Source: Candidatus Omnitrophota bacterium (GTDB lineage Bacteria; Omnitrophota; Omnitrophia; Omnitrophales; Aquincolibacteriaceae). Taken from it: a stretch of DNA of 64,000 bases. Made by a program: the position numbers and the translations under genes. Shown one piece after another: positions 39,322 to 48,745 of this stretch. The stretch spans positions 64,984 to 128,983 of the forward strand of contig JAKLIQ010000002.1 in the NCBI GenBank assembly GCA_022709525.1, in the 5' to 3' direction. The number at the start of each line of letters is the position of its first letter. Positions within the stretch are counted from its first letter, which is position 1. The notes under the pieces are model-generated. The model ran no database searches. It was not told the origin of the DNA and saw only the letters and a list, made by a program, of their open reading frames with translations.

Positions 39322-39964
39322 AGGAACTCCTTTGCGGCATAATCACGATCTCGACCCGGCGGTTGCGGTCACGCCCCTCTTCCGCTGCGTTAGAAGCGAC
39401 GGGCCGGTACTCCCCGTAACCCGCGACCCCGAACCTTGCGGGCGCCAAGTTTTGAACATCCAGAAAATAATGAAGGACCGCGACCGCCCGCCCTATCGAA
39501 TATTCCCAATTCGTCACGCCTTCGGCCCCTTCGATGGGCTGATCGTCAGTATGGCCCTCCAGCATGACGGGGTTCTTCGCAAGGCCTCCCGAAAGCGTCA
39601 GAGCAACCTTTTGAAGTATTTCCTCCCCCGCAGTCGTTAGCTGGGCCTCATCGGGATCAAAAAGCGCATGATCGAGAACCGCGATGATAAGCCCTCTCCG
39701 GTCTGCGGTGACTTTGACATCCCCGCGGACAATGGGAGCTGCCAGGTTTTTTTCGATTTGAAGCTGCGCGCCGCGAAGATCCTCGAAAGAACCGCCCGCG
39801 CCTTCCAATTCCTGGTTCAACCGCAAAACTTCATGATTCAAGCTTTCGATAGTCGCGCTTTGCTGCCGGACCAACTGGCGGAGATTTTGATCGTTAGCGG
39901 CGGCATGGCTCAGGACCGCGAAAAAAAACAGACTGAAAGCACAAAACACATTCCGGCAAAACAT
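39290..39964 (-). CDS. OmpA/MotB-like domain protein with N-terminal coiled coil
   Basis: 224 aa; signal peptide, coiled-coil, C-terminal OmpA-like peptidoglycan-binding pattern (LEGHTDDQP...GVAGYGEYRPVASN...NRRVEIVI). Confidence 0.7.
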   Translation of the reverse strand: MFCRNVFCAFSLFFFAVLSHAAANDQNLRQLVRQQSATIESLNHEVLRLNQELEGAGGSFEDLRGAQLQIEKNLAAPIVRGDVKVTADRRGLIIAVLDHALFDPDEAQLTTAGEEILQKVALTLSGGLAKNPVMLEGHTDDQPIEGAEGVTNWEYSIGRAVAVLHYFLDVQNLAPARFGVAGYGEYRPVASNAAEEGRDRNRRVEIVIMPQRSSYELAGSSEVS

Positions 39965-39994
39965 ATTTTCAATACCTTCCGCTGAAGAGATTCT

Positions 39995-40189
39995 TTAAAG
40001 GGTCGCGCTGAATCGCTGGTAAACATACCAGACAGCCAGTCCCGAAAGAACATAGGTGGCGGCCAGCAGCAAACGAAAGAAGAACGGCGTTTTCTTCTCG
40101 CCGGTTTCTTCCGTAAGACCATCCCCCGAATCTTTAGCGGCAAGGTACTGCGGTTTCCGGATCTCGATCTTCATTTTCGACACGTTCAT
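39995..40189 (-). CDS. Small C-tail-anchored membrane protein (64 aa)
   Basis: single C-terminal TM (FFFRLLLAATYVLSGLAVWYVY); start overlaps the HD-GYP gene stop by 4 nt (coupled). Confidence 0.45.
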   Translation of the reverse strand: MNVSKMKIEIRKPQYLAAKDSGDGLTEETGEKKTPFFFRLLLAATYVLSGLAVWYVYQRFSATL

Positions 40190-41784
40190 CCCTCCGATGA
40201 TTTCTTTTCCATTTGAGCGTCATCTTTGATGCAACGCTCCATTTTATCCAAAATATTCTTTTCTTTCATCACCTTCAAGAAAGCGTCCACCACGACCGGA
40301 TCGAACTGCGTTCCTTTGTGGCTGAGGATCTCCTCAAGCGCCCCCTTGATCGTGAACTGCTGCCGATAGTGACGCTTAGAGATCATCGCCATGAAAGAAT
40401 CAACCACGGCAACGATCCTCGCCCCCAGAGGGATCTCCTCGCCCTTAAGCCCTTGGGGATACCCTCTGCCGTCGTAGCGTTCATGACGATGCATCACGAT
40501 CGGGAGCACCGGCTTCAAGGAGCTGATCGAGCGCAGAAGGTTTACCCCCCGGATCGGGATGCTCCGGATCTCTTCGAGCTCTTTCTGTGTGAGCTTTTCT
40601 TTTTTCTGCCAGGTCTTTTCCGGGAACGCAAGCTGCCCGGTATCCAGGAGAAGGATCGCGCGCTCAAGATGAACAAGGGCCGACCCCGGAAGCTCCATCT
40701 GTTTCCCGACGGCGATCACAAGTTCGCCGACCATGTCCAGATGCCCCTGCGTTTCGCCAAAATGGCGCTTGATAAGCTCATTGATGGTCTTGATGCTTCC
40801 CAGCGTCAGCTCCTCTGTGCGCTCAAAAAGCTGGGCATTCTTGATCGCCACCACGGCTTGCTCGGAAAGGGATTTCAGGATCTCCAGATCTGTCCGGGTA
40901 AACGACTGGCCGTCCGCTTTGCCCCAAAGCGTCAAAACGCCTACCACATCATCTTCGATGAAAGGCACCGCGATATAGCGATTCTGCAGGCAGAATTCTC
41001 CCGTATCGGCGATATGCCCTTCCAAACCGTGCCCAAAACGAACGCGCTGCTTATGGATGAATTTGGAATGCGATCCGAACGAAAAGAACGGGACCAGAAA
41101 ACGCCGTTCCGGATCGGTCAACATGATCGAACACCCTTGAGCCTTGAGGATCTGCGCGCTCAAGCGTCCGATGCGCGGGAGTAATTCCTTAAGACGCAGG
41201 GAGGAATTAATAACGCGATGCACGGAATGCATGGTCGAAAGAGCCAGCGCCCGCGGATGCACGGTCTCATAAAAATTGTTAAGTTCGAAGTTTTTAAAAG
41301 CCAGCTCGACCTGGCTTGCGAGAAAATAACCGAAGGGGGCGATGAGAGGCCGGACCTCCCGTTCGGAACGCTTCACGCAATCAAAAATAAGGAAACCTTT
41401 TAAAGCGCCCAGATAACGGAGCGGAAAAACAATACAACTTTTTCCGAAAGCGCACCTGAAGAAAAGCGGCAGTTTTTCCGAAGTGATCTCGTTATGCGCA
41501 AGCTGGTCCGCGAATTTGCCGACGAACGCTTCGCATTCTTTCTGGTGTTCCGCCGATTTCGAATAAAAAGAGCAGTTCTGCTTGCGATCAAGACGGACCA
41601 GGCGCTGTTTTCCGGACTCTTCGCAGATCACAAGCCATCCGACAGGTTTTCCAAAGATCTCGGAAAAAGAGGCGTACCCCTCCTGCCATTGCGGGTTCGG
41701 AAGCAAGAAACGCTCAAGCGGCGTCGGGATCCTCTTGGATACTTTAGCCACGCCTTTGGCTATGACATTCTGGGCGGAGGTCAT
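40186..41784 (-). CDS. GAF-GAF-HD-GYP domain protein (c-di-GMP phosphodiesterase family; HD dyad apparently degenerate)
   Basis: 532 aa; two GAF-like regions; C-terminal HD-GYP with intact HERYDGRGYPQGL, but the canonical L-HD-IGK position reads LLDTGQ (H to L, K to Q). Confidence 0.7.
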   Translation of the reverse strand: MTSAQNVIAKGVAKVSKRIPTPLERFLLPNPQWQEGYASFSEIFGKPVGWLVICEESGKQRLVRLDRKQNCSFYSKSAEHQKECEAFVGKFADQLAHNEITSEKLPLFFRCAFGKSCIVFPLRYLGALKGFLIFDCVKRSEREVRPLIAPFGYFLASQVELAFKNFELNNFYETVHPRALALSTMHSVHRVINSSLRLKELLPRIGRLSAQILKAQGCSIMLTDPERRFLVPFFSFGSHSKFIHKQRVRFGHGLEGHIADTGEFCLQNRYIAVPFIEDDVVGVLTLWGKADGQSFTRTDLEILKSLSEQAVVAIKNAQLFERTEELTLGSIKTINELIKRHFGETQGHLDMVGELVIAVGKQMELPGSALVHLERAILLLDTGQLAFPEKTWQKKEKLTQKELEEIRSIPIRGVNLLRSISSLKPVLPIVMHRHERYDGRGYPQGLKGEEIPLGARIVAVVDSFMAMISKRHYRQQFTIKGALEEILSHKGTQFDPVVVDAFLKVMKEKNILDKMERCIKDDAQMEKKSSEG

Positions 41785-42305
41785 TTTTTCCTTCGACGGA
41801 CTTTCCGGCTGATGCCGGTCCGGCGGCCCAAGGCCCGGTTTAAAACTTCGTAGGCGGATTCAAGCGATTCGGAGATCACTTTCGTTCCTCCGACCACCGG
41901 CATGAAATTCACATCGCCCTTCCAGCGGGGCACGATATGCCAATGCAGGTGCCCCGGAATCCCCGCGCCGGCCACATCAGCGATATTCATTCCGACATTA
42001 AACCCCTGCGGCCGCATCGCCTTCTGAAGCGCCCTACGGGACTTCTCAAGCACATCAAAAAATTCTTCCTTCTCCCGCGTGTTCATCTCCGAAAGACACC
42101 CGATGTGCCGATTAGGAACGATCATGAGGTGGCCATTGTTGTAGGGATAACGGTTCAGGATCACGGCGTGATGGACCGCCCGGAAGAGGACAAGGTTCTT
42201 TTTGTCTTTTTTTTCTTTTAAAAAGCGGCAGAAGATGCAGCCGGAACGCTTAGGAGAGCTCGAGCGCAGGTATGCCTTGCGCCACGGAGCCCACATGAGA
42301 TTCAT
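41781..42305 (-). CDS. HIT family (GalT-like branch) nucleotide hydrolase/phosphorylase
   Basis: histidine triad HLHWHIVPR; N-terminal LMWAPWRKAY...CIFC typical of Ap4A-phosphorylase/GalT-like HIT proteins; probable start MNLMW at ~42305; overlaps upstream ATPase 3' end. Confidence 0.75.
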   Translation of the reverse strand: MNLMWAPWRKAYLRSSSPKRSGCIFCRFLKEKKDKKNLVLFRAVHHAVILNRYPYNNGHLMIVPNRHIGCLSEMNTREKEEFFDVLEKSRRALQKAMRPQGFNVGMNIADVAGAGIPGHLHWHIVPRWKGDVNFMPVVGGTKVISESLESAYEVLNRALGRRTGISRKVRRRKK

Positions 42306-43950
42306 CGAACTTTTGAGATTCATGGGTCCCCCCATAGGACGGTAAAATGACCTTCGGAAGATCGTAGAGATCGAGAAGGCTATTCAGCGTACGGACATCC
42401 CAAAGCTGCATTTTCGCCTCCTGCGCGATCAATTTTGCGTTCTGATCGATCCCGCCGAGCGCGATCAGGATCTTACGCTGGACTTTACGAAGATGCTTCG
42501 CATCGAGCGCGATCTTTTCGATCTCCGGCTCTCCGATCCATTCCGGGCTTAGATAGAAAAGCCAGCGCCCTTTTGAACTCTTCCCCGTCAGCGAAACGAT
42601 CGAATGCGGAAAATGTTTCAAAAGGAGGACCTCGGAAAATTGAGGGCATTGGATTTTTTTCAAGTCGACCTCGACAGTTTCGTTACGGAATTCCTTTAAA
42701 AGCGATTCCATCCTCAACTCAAGATCTTCCTCGCTCGCTCTTGAACAAAAATCCAGAACACGGCTCAATTCGTCAAAAAGATGCTTGCGCAGGATGCGCT
42801 CTTCCGGAAGGAAGAGCCCGTGACGCTTCTGAAATACTTCGCGAAGCCAGAAGCGGAAAAGAAAATCGGGAACATGATAAAGAGAGCCGCTTTTGACGGC
42901 CAGGCCATCCTCCACAAGCCGCTTCAAAACCCTTTGGGTCTCGGCGACCGTTTCCTCGATAAAAGCCGCGATCGGGATCAATTTATGCCGGCCCTGACTG
43001 AGCGCCAGCATGGCCCGCACATAGGGGCCGCGATATTTCGTAAGATACGCGCATTGCTCGAGCCGTTTTTCAAAAAGAAGCGCGATCCGGCCGCGCCGAT
43101 CAAAAAGTTCCTGGCAAAAAGCGTCCAGCAGGACCGCCGCGTTCACATCCTGCGGAAATTCTCGGATCTCGACCTGCTCGAGACGGTGCAGCAAAAGATC
43201 GAGATAAAGGGGTTCGCCATCGGTCATATGAAAAAGAAATTTTTTCAATTCAAACGACCACCGGTGCGCGGGCATACGGGCGGCGAGGTACTGGTCCACC
43301 TCCATGAACCCGAGCGGGACAAGTTCAAGCACTTCAAAATTCCCGAAAAGCAGGGAAAGTTTTTCGCGGAAGATCTCCCGGGCGCGGTCGACAGCGGAAC
43401 TTGTGACCACGTACAAAACCTCCTTGTCGATCATCATCTGTTTGCCGAGCAGAAGGAACGGGTCCGGAGCGGGAAGCTTTTCGAGCGCCTGGAATTCGTC
43501 AATCATGAGGACGGCTTTTTTGCCGGTCTCGCGGGCCAGGATCCCGCTTAGCATAAAAAGTTCTTTGACGGCAAAAACATTTTTATCCTGGCGGAGAAGC
43601 TTTTGTAAATGCTTCACGGCAGCCACGGTCTTGGGAACGATCACCTCGGCCTCTCTTAAAAGGCCGCTCAATGTCTTGGGGATGTTCAGAGTGCGATCGA
43701 GCATGATCGAACTAAGCGCGGCGCCCATCCACTGCTCGATGAGCTGGCGTCCGTCGATCGTCTCGGCCTTAACATAGATCGGAAGAAGTTTTGGATTGCG
43801 GGAAACGGACTGGAAGAACTCGCAAAGGAGTTGGGTTTTGCCGACGCCGGAAGAGCCGACGATGCCGACATTTTGGCGATAACCGTGCTCGATGTCACTG
43901 ACGCGTTTTTGTAAACGCGATCGAACGGCTTCTCGCATCAGAAAAGGCAT
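42250..43950 (-). CDS. P-loop ATPase (PF01637/archaeal-ATPase-like AAA domain with large C-terminal extension)
   Basis: 566 aa; Walker A GIVGSSGVGKTQLL, Walker B-like LMIDEFQ; no other domains recognised; first gene of a long operon. Confidence 0.6.
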   Translation of the reverse strand: MPFLMREAVRSRLQKRVSDIEHGYRQNVGIVGSSGVGKTQLLCEFFQSVSRNPKLLPIYVKAETIDGRQLIEQWMGAALSSIMLDRTLNIPKTLSGLLREAEVIVPKTVAAVKHLQKLLRQDKNVFAVKELFMLSGILARETGKKAVLMIDEFQALEKLPAPDPFLLLGKQMMIDKEVLYVVTSSAVDRAREIFREKLSLLFGNFEVLELVPLGFMEVDQYLAARMPAHRWSFELKKFLFHMTDGEPLYLDLLLHRLEQVEIREFPQDVNAAVLLDAFCQELFDRRGRIALLFEKRLEQCAYLTKYRGPYVRAMLALSQGRHKLIPIAAFIEETVAETQRVLKRLVEDGLAVKSGSLYHVPDFLFRFWLREVFQKRHGLFLPEERILRKHLFDELSRVLDFCSRASEEDLELRMESLLKEFRNETVEVDLKKIQCPQFSEVLLLKHFPHSIVSLTGKSSKGRWLFYLSPEWIGEPEIEKIALDAKHLRKVQRKILIALGGIDQNAKLIAQEAKMQLWDVRTLNSLLDLYDLPKVILPSYGGTHESQKFDESHVGSVAQGIPALELS

Positions 43951-44310
43951 GCTGAAAATTCCCGTCGCTTGAGAAGACCGGATCCCCGATTGCGGGAAGG
44001 AACGAAAGGTCCGGGGGAACCTTCTAAAAGAAATTAAAACGAACCGTGCCGCCCCCGAAAACTATTGCCGTCCCAAGGAACCCGATGATTTTTTATAAAT
44101 GCCGCGCAAAATAGAACTGTCGGTATCTTACTTTTTTAAAATGAGAAAGCAAGCACGAAAATCATCCGAAAGCGCTTCTTCGGGATATTTTTTTCGAAGA
44201 AAAAATCTTCAGAAAAACAAACGCCCCGGCCAGCCCAGTTGTTAGACCCCCCGCCTCCCAACCGTTCCCATGCCAGGGCGATTTGCTGTTCCAAAAACCG
44301 ATGTCAAAAC

Positions 44311-44793
44311 TCAAAAAGCGAACGCGGGCGCTTGTTGCCGGTCCGGAACGACCAGCTGATAGATCTCGGAAGCGCTGCGAGCCGACTTGAGCCGCTCCTG
44401 CATGTAGCGGTCACAGAGGAACCACTTGATATTCTGCAGGATCTGACGTTTGCGATGCTCCGCAGCCTCGCTTTGAGGAAGAATAAGTAAAAAAACGAAG
44501 TGGACGGGACGACCGTCGAGAGACGGATACGGGATCCCGTCCGGGCTGACCCCGAAGGCCACGATAGGTTCCGTGATATCGGAAGAAAAACAATGAGGAA
44601 GCGCGATACCGTGGCCGATCGCTGTCGTGCCGATGCGTTCGCGCAAAAAAAGCAGCTCTAAAATATTTCTTTTGGAAATTTGCTTGAGGGTCCAGGGAGG
44701 GAGGGCGTCGACGATCTTCTTGAGCGCGTCTTCACGATTGGACGCGTCAAGTCCAGCGATGATATTTTCTTCACACAGCAATGGACGCCCCAT
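44311..44793 (-). CDS. ptsN: PTS EIIA type-2 (PtsN / EIIA-Ntr-like) regulatory protein
   Basis: ORF to 44838; probable start MGRPLL at ~44793; EIIA-2 fold pattern with conserved His in GHGIALPH. Confidence 0.75.
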   Translation of the reverse strand: MGRPLLCEENIIAGLDASNREDALKKIVDALPPWTLKQISKRNILELLFLRERIGTTAIGHGIALPHCFSSDITEPIVAFGVSPDGIPYPSLDGRPVHFVFLLILPQSEAAEHRKRQILQNIKWFLCDRYMQERLKSARSASEIYQLVVPDRQQAPAFAF

Positions 44794-45121
44794 GGGTTGC
44801 ACGCTCCTGCCGTTTTTGAGTACGGATCTTCGAAACAAGATGCCGGCGCCATTTGCGCCGGACGGTCCGAAGGTCCATCTTCAGGAACCGAAGAGCTTCA
44901 CGTAAGTTCGGAAACTCTTTCAGACCCGCTTCATTTCCGTTCTTTTCATAATAATGAGCCGTCAGACGGAATTTTTCGAGTTGACGCATGCGTTGCTCCA
45001 CCGCCGCTTTCATCGCATCGGCTTCCTCGCTGGTGTGCCCGGCGATATCGCGGTAGAGCCCACGCCACTCCGCTTCGAGTTTTTCAACGAATGGCCGCAA
45101 TAATTGGTCTGTGATTTCCAT
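44771..45121 (-). CDS. Hypothetical helical protein (116 aa)
   Basis: ORF with start ~90-120 nt downstream of an AT-rich phased-repeat region; overlaps the ptsN start; no family recognised. Confidence 0.4.
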   Translation of the reverse strand: MEITDQLLRPFVEKLEAEWRGLYRDIAGHTSEEADAMKAAVEQRMRQLEKFRLTAHYYEKNGNEAGLKEFPNLREALRFLKMDLRTVRRKWRRHLVSKIRTQKRQERATHGASIAV

Positions 45122-45208
45122 TTTAAATCCTTTTAAAAATCCAAAACCTGCGAAGTAAAAAAACCAGTTTATTTCTATCTCTTTCTATTGCATATGCTAG
45201 CAGGAGCA

Positions 45209-45240
45209 GCATTAAATAGAGATTAAAGCTGCATTAAATA
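45209..45240. promoter_or_regulatory. Phased direct repeats: ATTAAA x3 at 11 bp spacing (GCATTAAATA x2 at 22 bp)
   Basis: 45211, 45222, 45233; AT-rich 160 bp gap between the histidine kinase stop and the next operon; OmpR-family regulators bind such helically phased direct repeats. Confidence 0.35.
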
Positions 45241-45283
45241 ATTTTAAGGACTTTGAAGCTGGAAAATCGATAAGATTTTCCCT

Positions 45284-46786
45284 CTACAAGAAAGGAGTTG
45301 TTGCAACAAGCGGCAGATCAACAAAAACTTTTGTGCCGCGGCTCAGCGCGCTTTCGAACCGGATCGCACCCTTATGAGCATCGCATATCGCTTTCACAAT
45401 ACTGAGGCCGAGGCCGGCGCCATCTTTTGATCGGGCCTGATCCGCTCGGTAAAAGCGGGTTCCAAGACTGGCTAAGGTTTTTGGATCGATCCCGATCCCC
45501 GTATCCTCGACCGTCACGGTAACTTTTCCGGGCTTGGAAATTTCCGCATGCACGGTGACTTTTCCGCCCGACTCCGTAAATTTGATCGCGTTATCGAGCA
45601 GGTTGGTGAAAAGACGTTTCAAGTAGATCTCATCGCCGGACACTTCGGCGGCGGCGGGCACCTCCAGAACCAAGGAAATTCCAGCCCGGCGCGCGTGTTC
45701 TTGGCAAAGCCGCAAGACCTGCTCAAGGACCGGGGTCAACGTGAGGTTCTTTTTTTGAAGGATCAACTGCTTCGCGTCACTGCGCACGAGAAGCATCAGA
45801 TCATCCACAAGGCGGATAAGGCCGTCGACTTCTTCGCTGATCACCGAGATCGTTTTCTGAAGATCTTCCTGCGAACGGGCGCGGCGAAGCGCGAGATCGA
45901 TCTCGCCGCGAATGATGGCAAGGGGCGTCTTGAACTCGTGCGAAACGTTCGAGCTGAACTCCTGTACGGCGCGCGTTGAAGTTTCAAGGCGATCGATCAT
46001 CTCGTTCAATGTTTCAGCCAAACGGTCCAGTTCGTCTTGGGTGAAGGTGCGCGGAAGCCGGCTCTTAAGATACGCCGCGGTGATCTTATGGGCCTGCTGA
46101 ATCATCCGGTCCACCGGGCTTAGGAAACGTTTGGCCAGGAACCATCCAGCCAAACACGCTAATGCGGCGCCGAGCGGAATGAACACCACCATAATGAGCT
46201 TCAAGCGGTTTAAGGTCTTCTCGATCTCATAGAGCGGTTTTGCGATCTGAATAACGAAGAAAGGCCGCCCCCGGAACTTCACGAGATGGTAATAAAGCCG
46301 AATCGGGTTCTTTTCGAAATGAATGGTCTGGTAGGAATCGCCCGTTTCCATTAAAACCGAATCCCGCTCATAATCCGGGAAAAGAATGTCCCGCTCCCAT
46401 CCCCCGAGATTGGTCAAAATGAGCGAACGGTCAAGCCCGATCATGCGCACCAGGAACAGGCTTCGCTTGATCACGCGTTGTTTTTTCTCCCATTCCCGAA
46501 CCGTCTGAGTGACATTCGCCTGGAACTCGGGCGGGAAAGCCAACGTCCCTTTTTCGATCGCCGGAAGAGCCGTAAATCTTGAATCCTTTCGTTCCAAAAA
46601 AGAGGGCTCGATCGCATCCTCGATGCTCCGGGCCTCGTCATGCATGCTGCGCTCGACGTCGCGGTAAAGGGCCCGGGAGAATTCCGTATACATGAGGAAG
46701 GCGAACCCCGCAAGGAACACGGTCAGCATGAACGCGTACCAGAGCGTGAGGCGGAACTTAAAAGAATGGAATTGGATCATGGGCAC
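45284..46786 (-). CDS. Sensor histidine kinase (2 TM, periplasmic sensor, HAMP, HisKA, HATPase_c)
   Basis: 500 aa; H-box SHEFKTPLAIIRGE, N/G1/G2 boxes (LLDNAIKFT, DTGIGI, GLGLSIV). Confidence 0.9.
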   Translation of the reverse strand: MPMIQFHSFKFRLTLWYAFMLTVFLAGFAFLMYTEFSRALYRDVERSMHDEARSIEDAIEPSFLERKDSRFTALPAIEKGTLAFPPEFQANVTQTVREWEKKQRVIKRSLFLVRMIGLDRSLILTNLGGWERDILFPDYERDSVLMETGDSYQTIHFEKNPIRLYYHLVKFRGRPFFVIQIAKPLYEIEKTLNRLKLIMVVFIPLGAALACLAGWFLAKRFLSPVDRMIQQAHKITAAYLKSRLPRTFTQDELDRLAETLNEMIDRLETSTRAVQEFSSNVSHEFKTPLAIIRGEIDLALRRARSQEDLQKTISVISEEVDGLIRLVDDLMLLVRSDAKQLILQKKNLTLTPVLEQVLRLCQEHARRAGISLVLEVPAAAEVSGDEIYLKRLFTNLLDNAIKFTESGGKVTVHAEISKPGKVTVTVEDTGIGIDPKTLASLGTRFYRADQARSKDGAGLGLSIVKAICDAHKGAIRFESALSRGTKVFVDLPLVATTPFL

Positions 46787-47451
46787 GCGAGACGGTAGCC
46801 GATCCCCCGAACGGTCTCGATCTTGCCTTTTGAAACGGTCTCGCCGATCTTCTTGCGGAGAAAGTTGATATAAACATCGATCGTGTTGCTCATCGGATCA
46901 AAGTGCAGGTCCCAGACATGTTCGGCGATCGCCGTCCTGGAAACGACCTCGCCCGCGTGCCGCATCAGGAACTCAAGGAGCGCGAATTCCTTTTGCGAAA
47001 GCGCGATCTCCGTTTCCCCGGCCCACGCCTGGCGCTTGATCAGATCCAATTTGAGGTTCGCGCACTCCAAAACCGTTTTATCCGCAAGATGCGCCGGACG
47101 GCGAAGAAGCGCGCGAACGCGCGCCAAAAGCTCGTCAAAACTGAACGGCTTGGTCAGATAGTCGTCGGCGCCCTGGTCGAGGCCTTTGATCTTGTCTTCG
47201 ACGGAATCTTTTGCGGTAAGAATGAGGATCGGGTTCTTCTTCCCTTCGTTGCGCAGTTGATGGCAAAGCTCGATGCCGCTCATCTTGGGAAGCATCCAGT
47301 CCACGATCAGAAGATCGTATTCATGCGTCATCGCATATTCCAGCCCCTTTTCGCCGTCATAGGCGACATCCACGGTATAGTGCTCCTCTTTGAGGCCGCG
47401 CTCCAGAAAACTCGCCATCTTTTTTTCATCTTCAATAATCAATATTCTCAT
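46777..47451 (-). CDS. OmpR-family DNA-binding response regulator
   Basis: 224 aa; REC (MRILIIEDE...DLLIVDWMLP) + winged helix (VSRTAIAEHVW...IETVRGIGYRL); overlaps the kinase start. Confidence 0.9.
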   Translation of the reverse strand: MRILIIEDEKKMASFLERGLKEEHYTVDVAYDGEKGLEYAMTHEYDLLIVDWMLPKMSGIELCHQLRNEGKKNPILILTAKDSVEDKIKGLDQGADDYLTKPFSFDELLARVRALLRRPAHLADKTVLECANLKLDLIKRQAWAGETEIALSQKEFALLEFLMRHAGEVVSRTAIAEHVWDLHFDPMSNTIDVYINFLRKKIGETVSKGKIETVRGIGYRLACP

Positions 47452-47460
47452 GCAGATCTC

Positions 47461-48348
47461 CTATTCCCCTTCAGGGTCAAAATGGACAGTGACATCCGCG
47501 TCGGGATGCTGGGTCTTGATCTTATCAATAAGAGTTTCGGTCATTTCATGCGCTTTCTTAAAATCATCCTCCCCCCGGATCTCGATATGAAAATCCAGAA
47601 AAAGCTGATTCCCCACAATGCGGCTCCGGAGATTGTGGACACCGACGATCGCCGGGTGATGCTGGAGGATGAGGATCTTGATTTTTTTAAGCTCAAGACT
47701 TGAAAGGCCGCGGTCCAAAAGCTCCGAGATCGCGCGTTTTAAGATATGGATCGCTTCTTTGAGGATGTAGGCCGCGACCAGGATCGAAACGATCAGGTCC
47801 CAGTAAACCTTCCCGGTCCTGCCGACAAGAAAAAGCGCCGCGATCACGCCGAGATAACAGATAAAATCCATCGTGTAGTGGGCTTTCTCGGTCCCGAGAA
47901 TAAGTGAACGGTTCTTTTTGGAAACCGCTTTAAGGCGCCAGGAAAGCAACCATGTGACCATGCCTGAAAAAACGATCACGCCGATCCCGAGCGGGATCTC
48001 CGCCACATAGCTCCCTTGAATGAGCCGCCGGATGGATTCATAAGCCACAAAAAAACCGCTTAGAGCGATAAAAAGACTTTGGAAAAGACCCGCGAGACTT
48101 TCGATCTTGCCGTGGCCATAGGCGTGTTCTGCGTCGGGCGGTTTGGAGGCTTCCCGGAACGCGAAAAAATTCAAACCCGACATCAACATATCCAGAAGGG
48201 AGTCGAGCGCCGAGGCCATGATCGCCATGGAATGGGTGATAAGGCCGGCCGCGAATTTTACGAGGGTCAATAGGAGGGCCACTCCAAACGAAAGGACCAG
48301 CGCCTGACGCGCCTCGCTGATATATCGATCCATCCCCTCTTTGGTCAT
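47461..48348 (-). CDS. Cation diffusion facilitator family metal efflux transporter
   Basis: 295 aa; 6 TM, CDF signature (SALDSLLDMLMS, HAYGHGKIESL) and cytoplasmic C-terminal domain. Confidence 0.85.
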   Translation of the reverse strand: MTKEGMDRYISEARQALVLSFGVALLLTLVKFAAGLITHSMAIMASALDSLLDMLMSGLNFFAFREASKPPDAEHAYGHGKIESLAGLFQSLFIALSGFFVAYESIRRLIQGSYVAEIPLGIGVIVFSGMVTWLLSWRLKAVSKKNRSLILGTEKAHYTMDFICYLGVIAALFLVGRTGKVYWDLIVSILVAAYILKEAIHILKRAISELLDRGLSSLELKKIKILILQHHPAIVGVHNLRSRIVGNQLFLDFHIEIRGEDDFKKAHEMTETLIDKIKTQHPDADVTVHFDPEGE

Positions 48349-48349
48349 G

Positions 48350-48745
48350 TCAGGACGTCTCGGGATCTCTTGGCTTGCCGTTGGATATTTTATGAAGAAG
48401 CTGATCGACCTTGGCTATCAGGTGCTTGGTTTCGAAGGGTTTAGCCAGAAAGGCATCGGCTTTGCTTTGACGCCACTTGGCTTTTTCTTCGGGGAAAGCG
48501 CTGATAAGGAGAACGGGCGTTTGAGCGTTCTTCTCCGAGTTCTTGACATGTTCGCAGACCTCATAACCCGTATGGCCGGGCATGCGGATATCAAAAATAA
48601 AAAGATCGTAAGTGCCTTGGTCGGCCTTCTGGATCGCCTGGTTGCCGTCGGGCGCGTACTCCACCTCGTGTCCGTTCCGGCGCAAACGCTCGGAAACGAT
48701 CAAAAGCACATCCGGCTCATCATCTGCGATCAACACTTTCGCCAT
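48350..48745 (-). CDS. Single-domain response regulator (REC only)
   Basis: 131 aa; LIADDEPDV...DLFIFDIRMPG...AKPF CheY-like. Confidence 0.85.
   Translation of the reverse strand: MAKVLIADDEPDVLLIVSERLRRNGHEVEYAPDGNQAIQKADQGTYDLFIFDIRMPGHTGYEVCEHVKNSEKNAQTPVLLISAFPEEKAKWRQSKADAFLAKPFETKHLIAKVDQLLHKISNGKPRDPETS

Noticed and set aside
43951-44310. 360 bp intergenic region examined for a small RNA gene (6S, SRP RNA, tmRNA)
   Set aside because: No conserved cores recognised (for example the SRP RNA GGUCCGGAAGGAAGCAGC motif or the tmRNA tag region). Only a weak TTCTTCG/CGAAGAA hairpin. Left as promoter/terminator space.
44239-44490. 83 aa plus-strand ORF spanning the ptsN 3' end and intergenic region
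   Set aside because: Overlaps ptsN on the opposite strand. No RBS. Low-complexity translation.
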